A stretch of DNA of 64,000 nt, taken from Hydrolagus colliei. Lineage: Eukaryota. This document shows positions 37,701 to 52,700 of this stretch, one piece after another. The notes under the pieces are model-generated. The model was not told where the DNA came from, did no database searches, and saw nothing but the letters and a program-made list of their open reading frames with translations. The stretch covers positions 8,494,001 through 8,558,000 of the forward strand of contig CM068750.1 of the NCBI GenBank assembly GCA_035084275.1, read 5' to 3'. Positions within the stretch are counted from its first letter, which is position 1. Each line of letters begins with the position of its first letter. The translations under genes and the position numbers were made by a program.

Positions 37701-40700
37701 CAATAAATGTTTTGTTGGTTAATCTGAAAATGCGAAATGGTATGTTTGCAGATCCTTAACCTAAGGTCTTCGTTGCCATGCTCTGGCTGGCAAGAACTGC
37801 AGAATGAATCCAGTGAGAACCCACAAACTGTAATGGATGTGATTTTGAGAGCTGGGGTAAGGCCCATTTTCCTAACGTAGATTCTGAAGATTTGCTTTCT
37901 GTATCTATCTTTTAACTGGTTTTAGCACTGCTGCATTATATATAAAATGAGCCTGTGACTTAGACATTTACTCAGTGTTTGGAAGCCATTTAATGCATCA
38001 GGTGCATCAGCCGTGTGGGATTGTTGCTTAAATATATTCTGTTACTTTCAGATTGACAGTGCTAAACTATCAGCTTTGATGAACATTAATGATGCAATCT
38101 CACCTGATCAGAAGAACGTGTGGTATAATGCTACTATCCTATGGCACTATTCAAAAAGAGGATATCCAATGTCTTGGCCAACAGTCCCCAAAATTAAATT
38201 ACTTAAATATTGCTGTACGGAAATTAGCTGCAGTATTTGCCCACAAGTGCAACATCTTTATTGAACTTTGCAGTAAAATGCTGTGATGTGCTTTGAGATA
38301 TTTGTTTGATAAGATGCTAATTAAATGTGAATATTATTATAACATTCACATTTCAAGCAAATTGTTACTCTTTCTGTCAGAGGAATAGCATCACTAAATA
38401 TCCCTTAGGAGTTCTCCTAATGTCTCATTTGGCAAAGAATCTGCAAAGAATTAACCGTGCAGACCTGGAAGTTACTAGGTTTGAACCCTGCTTTGTTCTA
38501 AATTAAACAGAACGACCATATAGTTCCTCGGTGGTCCTGGATTGGAGAGTTTAACAATTATATGTGATGACTATTCTGTGATCTTTGCTGTCATGTTCAT
38601 GAGTTTTTATGTTGGCTGGGCACAAGATGGAAACTTGGCTTTGTTGCTTTCATGTTGGTGGTCCCTCCTAGCCTGTTGATACTCTACAATGTACTAAATG
38701 ACATTGGATTACATAACTCATTAGGTCTGCGCCATTGTCACAGATGTTTTGTTTCCATGATCCATCGCTTAACTTAACTTATTAACTTAACTTATTCAAT
38801 AGAACTCATGAATAACGGCCTCTTGGGTGACGTGGCATATTCTGCTTTGAAATTAATGTCACAAGGAACTCATGCCTGGAATCTCATAGTCCATTGAAAT
38901 TACTTTTATTTACGTGTATTTACGATCCTGTGTATTAAAAGTTGACTATATTGTTTGTGTAGGAGTTCGAGCTTTGTGAGTCTTGGGTGCAGATGCACAC
39001 TGTTTCAACATACTTCATAATGAATCTTCGACGCGAATACCTTCTTCACCTACTGGAGCAAGGAGATGGGGAGAGAGCATTCCAGGCAAGTATGACATGC
39101 TAACTTCTTTAAGCCAGGTGTGTTTAAACCAAGTGGTATAGCCCAATTAAATGTTTGAAGTTTTTTTTAATGGTGGGTTGGTGATGCAAGTAAAAAAATA
39201 GTATAGTAGTCTGTTCACTTAAACAAAGATTCAGTCGTTTTTTCAGATCATCACTGTAGTAGGAATTATAGAAAACATTTGGCATGCATTGCGAGTTAGA
39301 AATTAATTACTTTGAAATTAGTGTGATCTATTTATTAATGTTTAGTGTACTTTAGAGGAGAAATATAATGGTTATTAAATTATCAGCTTCAGTTTTTAAA
39401 AGGAATAATATATGTCTGATTTCTTCTCCCTGTTCCATCAGCTCTTACAGGGGATAACTGATCTTGATGTTTGCCGAGCAGTATGTGAACAGGCTCTAGA
39501 CCAGCACCCAGGACTGGCTACTTGTCACTTTTTGGCTAATTACCTTACCACACACTTCCACAAGAGCCTATCTGCAACACGGTGCCACGAAATACAGGCC
39601 ATGCGCATTGGATCAAAGGTAAGAAGAGTATTAAAGAACTACATTATAATTGCTAGAAGTCTTCTATCACAAAAACAGAAGTTGCTGGAAACACTCAGCA
39701 GGTCAGGCAGCATTTATGGAGAAAGGAAAAGTGTGTCGACATCCATGACCCTTCATCAGAACTGGTGGATTGAAAGCAGGAGGGATGGAATTTGAGACAA
39801 AATCCACGTGGGATTACTTACCGTTTAAGGCAGTTACTGAGGAAAGGAATATGGCTGTTAGAGCAGGTTTTAGTGAACACAACATCAAACACACAAAGGG
39901 AAACAGATAGTGTAGACAAGGTGAGCAGAGTAAAAGTGAACATTGAACGTCACGTCGAAGCGAAGAGCAAAACTTCTTCAAGGAGGCATTCATAGAAGTG
40001 AAGTGGCAGTGAATTAAGCACAAACAAAACGCAAATTACTGTAGATGCTGGAAATCAATCAACTGTTTTCTATCATATCATCTCTCTCTCTCTCTCTAAA
40101 TGCACCTTGCAGTTCCTTTATATTTTGTATTGACATCTACAGCACACTGAAATCCTTAATGTTTTAGGGAGTCCTTGAGTGAATAAAATTGGCAATTATT
40201 TTTCTTCATCAAAGTGGTGAAAATCCTGGGTACGTACGGTTTTAGCCATAAGGGAAATAATCTCCTTGAAATACTAGGTGTGTTTAAACTGTGACCTTTC
40301 TTAGAATAAGGCTCTCATGAGGGGAGATGTATATAATGTGTGTTATGGTGAATTAACTGTTTGTAGAGGTTTCACAAAGTTTCTAATTGTGTGAAGTGAA
40401 CAATAGGCAAAGGTTGTGTTAAGTCCAAGTGAGTCACCAAGTTGTAGTATTTTATACAGTTTCTAAATATGAACTTATATGACTCACTGAGCTAGAAATT
40501 GGAAATTTAACATTTCTTAAGCATCGTTTTGCTAAACTCTGATTAGACCATGTGTTTTCTTGCACTTTGGTCTGTTTGTTGACTGTGTGTAATTTTGTTT
40601 TTGAACTTAGTTATTGCTGGCATTGCCAGAATCGGCCCGCGACCAATATTCGCACCTGTCCTCTACCCCGTTGTTGATGCTGGAACAGCTTCTCATGAAC

Positions 40701-43700
40701 CTGAAAGTGGATTGGGCCACAGTGGCTGTCCGCATACTTCATCAACTCCTTGTGGGGCAAGAAGCTGGCTTTGCCATGAAAGATATCGATGCTCTTCTTT
40801 CCAAGTATGCAGCCAAGGCACTTGAAGTTCCATATGCAGTGCGAGGGAAAACTCGATCTGGTGAGGAAACATTTTGTTTATATACAAGAGGAAATTACTA
40901 AATGGACCAATGGCAGGACACCAAAAGTTGCCTCACTATCTCTCTCTTTCTCCCCAATAAAGTTGACGCATAGCTGCGTGGAGGGAGCCACGTATTCATT
41001 GAATTCCCTGCCACTCCCCCTTGCTCAGGTCCTGACCTAATTGTTCAGCGCCTTGGGACATCATCCCGACTTGAAAGGCGCTCCATAAATGTAACTTTGT
41101 TGTTGTCGAATTATATTGGAATATTTACTGTTTGAATTGAAACTTTGCAAAAATAAGTTGATTAGGTTACATGGATCTTTTTTTATGACTGGCCCATGTG
41201 TGCTGTGATTAAATTACCATTTCTATATCTCATTTCACTCATTCGCTGTATTCTATATCATGGCTGGAAAATTCCACTTGCTAACCAGCCGAGGTGAGTT
41301 CAGTGAAGCGAAATGCAGCAATACCAGGAATGGCAGTCTGTTTTACACTGACTTTTCTATCGTTATTGTCTTTTCTTAGGTATGTTTATATACAATCAAT
41401 CCACTTTATATAGCCAATTCTGTGAAGTCCTTCGAGACATCTCAACATTAAGACACTGTATCAAATGCAAGGATTATTATTATCACCAGACTGGCTCTCT
41501 GTGTATTCCAAAGGTCCACTTATTCTTCAGAATTTCTTTTGCAATTCATATTTAGCTCTTTTTTACGATTCATTTTAAGCGAGATTAAGATCCTGTTTTT
41601 CAATTTTTTTTAACTCAAATCCAAGTTTTTGTTTCAGAATTAATTTATAGTTGGAATCTTACAGTCTGCTGACATTATTGAACACATCAAAATACCTGAT
41701 CCTTGTATTTGTTCTTCATATATGAGGCTTCCATCAGTGTCAGTGATGTATTCAAGCATGAGAGGCATTATATCAGCATCAATCTTGCTCCGGTTAAACA
41801 CCCAGAGACCTATGCTTCTCAGCAAGGATCAATGGAGATTGATTTTCCTTTCCCACCATGACCAAATTGCTGATTTTCTTTTCCACAGCCATTTAGATTG
41901 AAATCTGTTAACTAGTCAAAGGTCTGGGATCTTTTGGCCTTTATACCTTCGTGGCTCATTGGATTATTCTTTAACCATCAGACTTTCTGTAATGCTGGCC
42001 ATCAGTCATTACACTGTAGAGCCATTGTTTTATTGTACCCACATTTGTTTCCACAGTGGCCCAAACTCTTGTTTTACAGCCCTACATATTCATGCAATCG
42101 CAATGAGCTTGCATCGTCACTTTTAATAAAGACAAAAAAAGTTTAGTTGATGTTTGATTTTTGTCTGGGTGTCATCTATGCATAGGTTTAAAGAGAATGG
42201 CAAATTACAGATTAGAGTGATGTGATAATGTTGATTTAAATTTTTATTAAAACTTTTTTTTTGTCTTTTTCTGACTAGATTCTGTAATTAACCTGCAAGA
42301 TTTGCTCACTCAGAGTGCGGGACCAGAAAACCTGGCTATATTATCCAGCACTGAGAGAAAGGCCAGTGTAACATCTGGTAAGTGCAGAACAGGTGCTCGG
42401 CAAAGGTCCTGACTTGATCCCATAATCGTCTGACACAGAAACAAGAGTGCTACACCTAAGCTAGGCTGAGATGCACTTTACTTTTATATTTCTCAGGTAA
42501 CTCCTCTCTTCAAGGACCCCCAATTCTACAGGATCGTTTGTTACGAAGATCTAAGTCAGTCAGTGAATTTGTTCCTCCGGAAATACCACCTGCTAAAGAG
42601 GACTGGGTGCCTGATGATGATGCCGTGCTCTGCATGGTCTGTTGGAAGGAGAGGTTTACAATGGTGAGCAACAGATTTCCAACCTTTTGATTATTCACTT
42701 CTAAAAATACTAGGTGTGAATATCAAAACCTACTTTGAAGACGATTTAATTTTGAAGCGTATGTTTTCCTCGTCTCCAGTGACTCTGAAATGTCCCGCAC
42801 TTTCAGAAACTTCTCGACTTGTTGCCACATTCAGAAATTTAGTAGAACCCTGTAAAAAGCCAGGAATGCAATTTAAAATTCATTACAGATGTTGTATTGC
42901 TAATTCCCTGTGCAGTAATTCCTTTTTTTTGTTTTAAAAGATAACTGAGATTCATTGATAGTTTTCCAGTAACTAAGGTACTGGGTAACTGCTAACTGCT
43001 GAGTACCATAATAAGTGCACAGTGAGTAAGCTTCTAAAATCAGAAGGGAAGTACTGTACTTTGAAATGGACTTCCTTGTATGTCCCAGAATATTGACCTT
43101 AAAGCTAATTTTATTGCTAAGGATTTTGTGTTCTCTTGAGACAGGCTGAGTAGGATTCTGATAAATTGGTGCAGAGACAGTATGTTTTGCTTTACATCTA
43201 ATGTCAGTAATTATGTCTACTTCAGAGAAGTGAAACCCTGTAAGATGTGTGTGTGTGTATAGTTATCATTCATGAAGATGCATTATTAACTAGACAAGTA
43301 ACTGAAATACACAACATCTGGTTTACTAGAGAATTGCTTCCTCTTTTTAAAAATAAAATTACAAATGCAACCAGATTACAAGGATGAATAAACAAATCTA
43401 ACCAGCACGTTTACAATCAGTCTCATTTTTTGTAAGATTTGTAAATTTTGGATTACTTATTGTGGGGGGAAATTAAAAAATCTATTCATACTTTTCTAAT
43501 GGCTGGCTTTGAGCCCATCAACAAGCCAGTGGCCCTCTGAGAACTGAAGTATGTTTGTGCAGTAATAAATGGCTGGCAATGATTCAGATTGTTAAGTTTG
43601 GGTGATGTAGCCACAAGAATGAAGCTTTGATTCATGAGTCTCAGCAGAACTCAGAGATTGAATTATTTATTGTCTCAGGGCTGTTCAGGGCTGAGGATTA

Positions 43701-46700
43701 TTGCTTTGAATGGCTCTGACTGAACGTAATGTTTTTTTCTTCTGGTAGAATGCAAATATCTGCTCACACTCATTGTAAAAAAAATGATTTATATTCTAAC
43801 AATAATGAGAATTAAATATTTTATTGTGTTTGTTACTGCAGTGGCTCATTTTTCAGTGGTCAATGAACCAATATGCAAACCTTCAAATCCTGAAAGCGGC
43901 ACCCAATTGTGTTGGGCCTTTATACTCATGTGTGGCAGTTTTAGACATTGTATTGTACATTAATATGTCGATTTTTTGACTTCTTGACCAGTTCAATCGG
44001 CGGCATCACTGCAGACGGTGTGGTCGTGTTGTTTGCAATTCTTGTTCAAGCAACAAAATGGTGGTCGAAGACTGTAGAGAGAACCCTGCACGAGTTTGTG
44101 ACCAGTGCTACAGCTATTATAAGAAGTAAGGAGCTGTCAAGATAACAGTGTGATTCTTTTAGATAGATTAAGATTTTTGCACAGGATTGAGGAGAAGAAC
44201 CAGGCTTCTGCTTGACTGTGATTGAGCCAAGGATCACATTGAGCCTGGTGTGTGTATCAAAAATAGTGTGTGGACTCCAGGGAACAACTCTGGGTGGCAT
44301 AACGTCCCCACACTAGTGGGGACCCAATGCGCACAAATACTTGTTCACCTACTTACTCATAAGTATGGGTACTGTTGGGCTGGGAATAGGTTTGAACATG
44401 CTGTGAATGGTGAAAGGGTGGCACACAGGGATATTATTTTATGATGATAAATGCTGCTTCTAACATATTTATGTTTCCCTACAGGGAAAGGGAGGGAAAC
44501 CCAGACCAAGGCGAAGGTGAGCGGTACCAGCTGTTTGGATCATTTTGTGAGGAAAACGATTGAATAAACCTTTTGTGATTTGTTTCCGCAGTTCAATTAG
44601 ATTACTGTGTGTGTGTCAGCGCCTTGGGACGTCCTCCCAACGTGAAAGGCGCTCTTAAAGATGTAATTCTGTTGTTGATGTGTGCGCCTATGTGTAACTC
44701 TGCTAATTTGTACTAGATGCTGTGAGCGGCAATGACGATGGTTTAGATTTTGCAGCAGCTTTGCAGAATCCACTGGTGGCAGAGAACCCTTGGTGTTTAA
44801 CTCTGAATGAAAGTGATAATGAGAATGAACGCAGTGAGTTTTTCTATGAACAGGTAAGAAACCTGCTACTTTATTGAATGAGGTTCAGCCCCAACGTTAG
44901 CCTGGTGCTGCATATTACTTTATGATGATGGTGCTGCTGTTAAACTTTCCATGAATATTTGATAGTTATGACTATTAACTACATGCATCAATTTTGGTTC
45001 AGTTGGTAGTACTCTTCTTGAAATGTTGTGAGTGCTGTGGTTCACAATCTATACTGCCACTCTAATGCAAGACTGAGGAAGTGCTGGATTGTTAGAGCTA
45101 CCTAACTTCAGATGAGGTGTTAAACAGAGATCCAATCTGGTCCTTCTATTTGTTAGAGTAGTATGGAGTTCTCTGGTGTCCCATGTGCACATTTGATTAT
45201 TTATTTGATTCCTGCTTGCAGGATATTGTTGACACAGATTAAGTGCTAGGTTTACCAACTGAACTGTCACTGCACTTTAATATAACACAGAGTGAAGCAA
45301 TTTGAAGCATGCTTAAAATGCTGAAATGTCAAGTTGCACATTTGGTTACTAATCCTATTACATAAGAACAAATTTAACTTGTTTTAAATCACACCTTCGA
45401 TTCTTTACCTGCTGGCCAAAGAACGATGACATCTTTATGGGTTTTATGGGACGTCCTCCCGACGTGAAAGGAACTATACACATGTAATTTTGTTGTTGTT
45501 GTTTTCAGATATTGATGCAGTGGATACTTTGAGCGGATTGCTTTTTATTTTTGGATAATTTTAGTTAATTTTAGACAGTTTTACATAATTTTAGCTGTAA
45601 GTGTTAGTTTCTTTATTTTGTTTGCCTTGTTTTGTTTACTTGATGACATTTCATGAATGGTGAAGTGCACATAAATTAAATGGCAGTAAATTAACACAAA
45701 ACATTGCATTGCTTTATAGGCTCCCAGTGCTTCTTTGTGTATTGCCATCTTCAATCTGCACAGTGATAGTATGGTTTGTGGCCACCAGCTGATAGATCAC
45801 TGCAGCAAGCTTTCACGAGCACTAACTAACCCAGAAGTGGATGCCTGTCTCTTAATGGACATCATGAAGCAGCTCCTCTTTAGTGCAAAGATGATGTTTG
45901 TGAAAGCTGGCAGGAGCCAAGACTTGGCACTTTGTGACAGGTGACTTACATTTTATTCTTAGTTCAAGACTTGGTGTACAGTGGGAATAATAGGAAAGAA
46001 ACTGGAAATAATAGAAAACGATGGAAACAGAAATGGGGATCGGAAGAAAGTTTACATATTTATTGCCACATTGAAATCAGCACAACATATTTCTAACTTG
46101 CATCAATAAGTGATTTTAAAAGTTATAATTTGCTTAAGCATCCCATTCAATTCACGTTTTGTTTTTGGTTTCATACAGTTACATCAGCAAAGTGGATGTT
46201 GTGAAGATTCTCGTTGCTGCTAACTACCAGGAAGTACCCTCTCTTGAGCAAATCCTCAAACCAGCAGCAATAACCAGACTAAGAAATAAGCTTTTAGAAA
46301 CTGAGTATTATGCACTGGCTGTTGAGGTATGGTCATGTCTTTTAAAAAAATTGGCGTATGTAAAGGGGTTTAGTACTTGGAAAAACATGATGATCAAGGT
46401 GAAATTAAAATGCTGTAAAATCCTTTTTTACCACTGGGTCTGATCACTTTATAAATCAGGTCTGAGGCATTTTGAAAGTATTTGCCTGTCAATTGAACCC
46501 CCACATCAAGTCCATCCTTGAACTTTCAGTATTGGGTGGTCTTTTACCTCCCGCTCATGAGCACGATGGCAGTCACTCTACCTATTTTGCTTTCCAATTG
46601 GATTGTCAATTTCTTCGTTGAGATATTACGTTAGTCACCTTGAGAAACACAGATACAATCAGTTTTGTAGAGATGATGTGCATAGCTTCTTGTACACTAA

Positions 46701-49700
46701 ATCTTTTGACTTCAGGTTTCAACTAAGAGCGGACTGGATCCAGGGGGAGTATGGCATGCCTGGGGCTTAGCTGGCCTTAAAGCTGGAAACTTATCTGCAG
46801 CTCGGGAGAAATTCAGTCGATGCTTAAAGCCACCATTAGATCGAAATCAGTTGACTCTTGGCCCTCCACTGCTGAAGGAAATAGTGCAGCACCTGGAGAC
46901 CTGTGTTAAACCCGTCCTGACTCTGGTAATAAACCTTTGTTGCTCCAGTATTTTCAGACTATAATCTTGTAACAACAACAAAATTATATTTGTAGAACAG
47001 ATTGCATGGCGGGAGGATGTCCCAAGGCGCTGGACAATCAGCGTTTTGTACGTGTATGGCTTGTAAGTGTGTTGACTGTATTTCTGATACTTAGTGTATG
47101 TATCTGCTGTTTTCCTTGACCAAGAGCCCTGGGCTGTTAACTGCCCAGAAAGAATTTAGTACAAATTGGTGTATTTGAATGATCGATCAAAAAAAATATA
47201 CATTCTGGGAAATCCCATTAGATTATTATTATTATCTCAATGAGTCCATTGTTGGAATGGAGGATGTGGAGTCATAAATGGAAGGCATGAAGACCCTGAA
47301 AACGTAAATAGTTTGAACGTTTCATTTCAAACATGTATGGATTTACAAAAGAATTTCCAAATATCCAAGCCTGCGAGGCACAACCTGGGTTGTGTGCAGG
47401 ATTCTAAATTTGCAAACTTTTTAAAGAAACAATTTCCCATTTATTAGACACATTAGATAATGGTTAGAGGAATATGTATTCCTCATACTGATCCCTTTGT
47501 GTTTTTTTTTATTTGGGGTTTGTTTTGCCCCCCTCAAAAAACACACAGCCGGATGATGATATCCTTGCCTCACTCCGAGAACTGGAGGCCACTTTGAAGG
47601 TTGATGGTATTGGCCTGGAAATCAGTGGGGAAGGAAAGTTAAAGCAAAAAGTCTTCTACCAGGAATGCCTGTTCTATCTGCAGATATATGGATCTAACCT
47701 GGCCATCATTTGCTTTTATATGAGACATAACTGCATGAGAGAAGCATTGCAGCACTTGTTGGATAAGGTAAGCTTTGTCCCTACTCAACTGTTATGGCTT
47801 TTCTACAATCTTAGTCTTTGCTGGTTCAGAACAATAATTTGGGGGGTTTGTTGTAGAAAACAAATACAGATCGATGCACTTACTAAACTATGTTTTGGAT
47901 GACATGCATTTTTCACTTATAGGAGTGCCCCGATGAGGTGTTCATAGATGGGATTTTTGTACCAAGTTATGAAACTGGAAAACTGCACTTTTTGGAAAAC
48001 TTAATGGAAAACATGGATCCAAGTCTGGAGAGTTGGAGCAGCTACCTCATTGCATCCTGCAAACACTTACAGACCAGAGGTTTCTTCCACATCTTGTATG
48101 ATTTGCAGCGTTTTATGAAGGTGATTAATCAGGAGTTGACTTGCATGGCTGCTCCTTTTCATGTTGTTGCCTTTTGTTCGATGGCTGTTCACAGTAACAT
48201 GCTGTAACATGCTGTTATTTGTTTGCTGTAGGACCACATGCGGTCAGCCATGACTTGCATTAGATTTTTCAGTCATAAAGCAGACTCATATAGTGCTCTG
48301 GGGGCTAAGCAAGCCTGGCTGATCGAAGCCAAGGGTCACCTGAAGACATATCTTCAGGAAGTGTCCAGCCGGTCGTCAGCACGAAGGAAAACCATAAACT
48401 CTTTTCGTAAGAAAATGTCCGCAGCAGATGTTTCAAGGTGAGTAAATGGCATCTATGGGACTGTTTTGCAGGTTGTCAGCTTGAGGGTTCCTCATAATGA
48501 AAGGTTCCTTAAACCTATGTGATGAAGCTCACCTTGCCACAGACATAAACTAGCTGCAGTGTTTTTGGAAGTAATTTATGTAGAAAAAAAGCAAATGTAC
48601 ACTTTTTTAAAAAAAACATACATACCAAAGTGATGCCACCAGTACCATGTTTCCCTAACCGCTAATATCTCAGGAGGCATTTTACCTGTGGTTGTGGTTC
48701 AGGAAGCATGGTGCTGGAAAGGTCTGCATTGTACAACATTTTGGTGCTTGTCATTTAAGCTTGGGCATAATTCTTCAACAATTTATTTATCACAGATACA
48801 TCAACACAATTGAGTTGCAGATTGAAGTGACCAAGTTCTTGCATCGTTGTGAAAACTCGGCAACGTCCAGAATCACTGGACCCCCTGTCAGTCTCTTTGG
48901 GAATAATAACATGAAGATGGCTGTCGCATGCAAGGTATTGACTCTCAAGCCAAATTTGTTTTCATGCAATCCTAATCCATGACTGTTCAGCTCCTTAGGA
49001 CGTCCTCCCAAAGTGAAAGGCGATTTCCAAATGTAATTTTGTATTGCATTTGGTATTAAAAGCATAAGAGCAGTGCAATCAGGACTAGTTTGTTCTGCTG
49101 GCTGCCACGTTTCGCCCACAAATATACAGCAATTCACTTTACAGTATATTCTGTGAAGCACTTTGAGATGTTGATAAGATGTGAAAATCGCTATATCAAA
49201 TGCAAGCATTATTATTATTAGTGTGTTAATTGGCTGCAATGTACTGAATAATTCATATCCATTGTTATAGGTTTTGCTTGGAGGCAAAAATATTGAAGAA
49301 GGTTTTGGAATCTCCTTCAGAATCATACAGGTAATGTGAAAACTTTGCATCATGCAAATACTATAATATATTCGGATGATATTTGAGTAGTTCCTGTGAT
49401 GAGATATACACTGAGTCATATAGATATATTTTATATTTACACTCATCTCTAGCACTACTGGTGAGTGTTCTTGATACTTGCATCACCAAACAGTTTAAAA
49501 TATATATATATATATATATATTGTCCTGATTTTTGTGGGGTATTGTTTCTGGCTCAGGACTTTCAGCTGGATGCAGCTGCTGTATATAACAAAACTGCGA
49601 AACACCTTCTACACGAACATCAGTTCCGTCAGATCAGACAGCTGTTGAAATGTGTTCGAGAGTCAGGAGTGGCCAGCAGTGAGGACACTGATCATCTCCT

Positions 49701-52700
49701 CATCCGCTTCATTGAAGGAGGTGACCAGCAGCTTTCTCAGGTGAGAGCAGACTGAGCTTTCACAACCAAAGCTTTGTGTGTGTTTTATTTTACTAAATAA
49801 GATAATTCTGTCCAGCTGATTACTATTTATTAAATATTGACCATGACAGGTCAAGGGATTACCAATCTTTGATCAGGGGAATGGTAAAGAATACTTTGTA
49901 CCAAAACAAATTGAGGACAGCCTAGCTCATGGAGATTTTCCATTTTTTTGGAGAAAAATACACTTTCTCAAATGAGTATTTCTTGATTTACGCTGTTCCA
50001 TGGGTTGGCGACACTGTCTCAGAGAGATCAAGAAGTACATTTGGTACATTTGACTGAGGTTCCCATAATGGATTTGAACCTGCTTGACATACAGTACATG
50101 TAGAGCATGAAAAGAGTGTGATGGCTCTTCCACGACCCCTCCAGCAGCTACCAGCTATTTATGGGTTCAATAAGTGTAAGTGAGCTCAGTACAGCCTCTG
50201 GTGTCAGTGTTGCTTTTGATGAACAATCAGCAGGTCTCTGGAGAGTGACTTATCAATAGTGCTGATCACACTTTGTTTTTTTACTTGCCCGTTCTAATGC
50301 GTTCAGATTGTGTTTTCGAGAACCTTGCATGAATCTAGCAGGACATTTCTCATTCGGTATACACGGTTGAATGGTGAATAAGCAATGGCATCCTCTGGTG
50401 GTGATTACCTACAATGTTAAGGAAAATGTCTTCAGAAGTTCAGAGTACATGTTTCAGAAAATTCATCCCAAGTTATTGAATCCTAAGAAAAAATCTCTTA
50501 TTTAATTCAGTGTAATGGATTTCTTCATTTTAAAAAAATCTCTTATTTAATTCAGTGTTGTGGATTTCTTCATTTTAAAAAAAGTTGCTGTTCTGTAAAG
50601 CAAATCAGATTAACAGCAGATTTTCTTGATTGGCACCATGTTGGATCAGGTAACAGCAGTTAAAAGGTAAAGTTGTGTAATTCAGTTAGAAAATGTATTC
50701 TCTCAGAAATTTTAACTTGGTTGTAATCACATTAATTCTGGAATAAATCGATCTATGCAGTGCACAACCAAACCAAAGGACACAGTTTTGCTGTGCAAAT
50801 CCATGAGAGTGTGTGCATAACTAAATCAGCTTCATGTAATGTCTCAGGGCTCTTTCTGGCCTCACGCCTTGAAGCAAGCCACACAAAGAGGGAAATGCCT
50901 GCGCAATTATTTCCTCAATTTGTTCGACATGAAGGGGAATAAACAGGACAAAAGTTCATTTTTTAAAAATGCTTTGTGTTTGTGCTTTGGCTGACAGCCC
51001 AACTCATTAGACTTCCAGTTCTGAATTATTCAGTGCTGGTTCTGAAGAGACTCTGCAGCATTCAATGCTATGATTGACCTGTTGTTTTCAACTCAAGGCA
51101 ATGTCCTCTCTAGCTTCACTGCTCCTGCTCCACAGTTTTCACGGATCATGGAAACTAGCTGAGACACATGTTGTATCACACTAAAGAGACATTCACTATG
51201 TGGAATTTTTGCATTAATTGCAAATTTCAGATCTTGGATCTGGTACAAATTCTTTAAAATCATTTGTTAATGAACCATATAACCAATTGAGTGACTGACC
51301 AGGTCAACAAACAACTAAGTCCAACTGAGTGCCAAGTATTCCTAGCTGAAACCAAACTACAATGAGTAATATTCAAAACAAATTGAATAATTTCAGCGCA
51401 GTTTCTTTTGATTTGGGTGGTCTAAGGTATTCTCAGCAATAGGTTTGATTGGTGCATTGGTCTTTTTACAGTCTAAAGAACTGGAAAAACTGATTTTGGA
51501 AATGAAGAGCGATGAAAATAAGGTAAGGAGGAACTAAATCTTTTTATAAACACCTATAATATCAATGTCTCAACAAGTTTCACAGTACAGTAATTACAGC
51601 TATGTTGTGACTTTTTGTAGGATAAATGTGGCAGACATCCAACAAACTCATAAGGAGGGTTGATTAATCGGTATGGTTGTTGATCTGGGCAACAGAAACT
51701 ACTTTCTCTGTCACATATTCTCACTTTAGAAGAAGGGTGGGGTTAGAAAGCGAAGGTAGGAAAGAAAAAAAAGTAAATTTCCACTTGACCAGAATTTATG
51801 CAAATTTTGTCTGTGGAAACAATTCATCAACATCAATAACATGCATTTGGATAGTGCACTTCGTGTGGGATAGCTTCTCTTAGTGCTTAACGACGACAAC
51901 AACAACAAAATTACACTTGTATAGCACCTTTCACTTCAGGAGAATGTCCCAAGGCACTGGACAGTCATTGTTTTAGACCCGAACTGGGGACGGGGGAGGT
52001 GGATAGAAAGTGGGGGGGAATTTGGGGTGACTGATGGGACCGTTGAAGAGGAGGGCTTGAGGTGGGACTTGGTGGAGGGACTGCAGGATGGAGTTCCAGA
52101 GGTTGGGGTCGGAGTGCCTGAAGGCTCACCTGCCAATGGTGGGGCGGGGGACATGGAGCAGGCCGGAGTCTGCTGAGCGGAGGAGGCGGGCAGGTTAGCA
52201 GGAGGTCGCAGAGGTAGGAGATTGCAGAGGTAGGGTGGGGTGAAGCCACGGAGGACTTTGAATGTGAGGACCAGGATCTTGAATTGAATCCACTGTGTGA
52301 TGGCAGAGCAGTGGTGGAGCCTGAAGCTGAGCTGGGGTTGGAGGGTGGAGGTGATCATAAACACAGTCGAAGAGGACGGTCTTCAGGTGTGATCTGAAAA
52401 TTCCCTGCAATCTCGAGTCAATGACAATTTATCATCTTGATCTCCAGCATGTACCTTGTGACTTGATGTTGAAAACTTGTGGTTGTGTTTCACAGATCAA
52501 GGCTTTCATGATTTGTAATAAGTACCGCTCAGCTTATCTGGTTGCTGTGAAGTTTGAGCCTCCGCGAGCAGCACAAGTCATACAGGAGGTGTTGGAGGCC
52601 GCTGAGAGAGCGGAGGATGATCTGATACCGAAGATTTGTAGAGACTGGCTGAAAGCACACCAGCCTAAGATGCTGCCTCAGAAACCTCACAGCGGGCTCA

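Noticed and set aside
48790-49455. 221-aa antisense ORF
   Set aside because: A patchwork of antisense ZFYVE26 exons, a SINE tail and an L2 tail; no independent coding signal.
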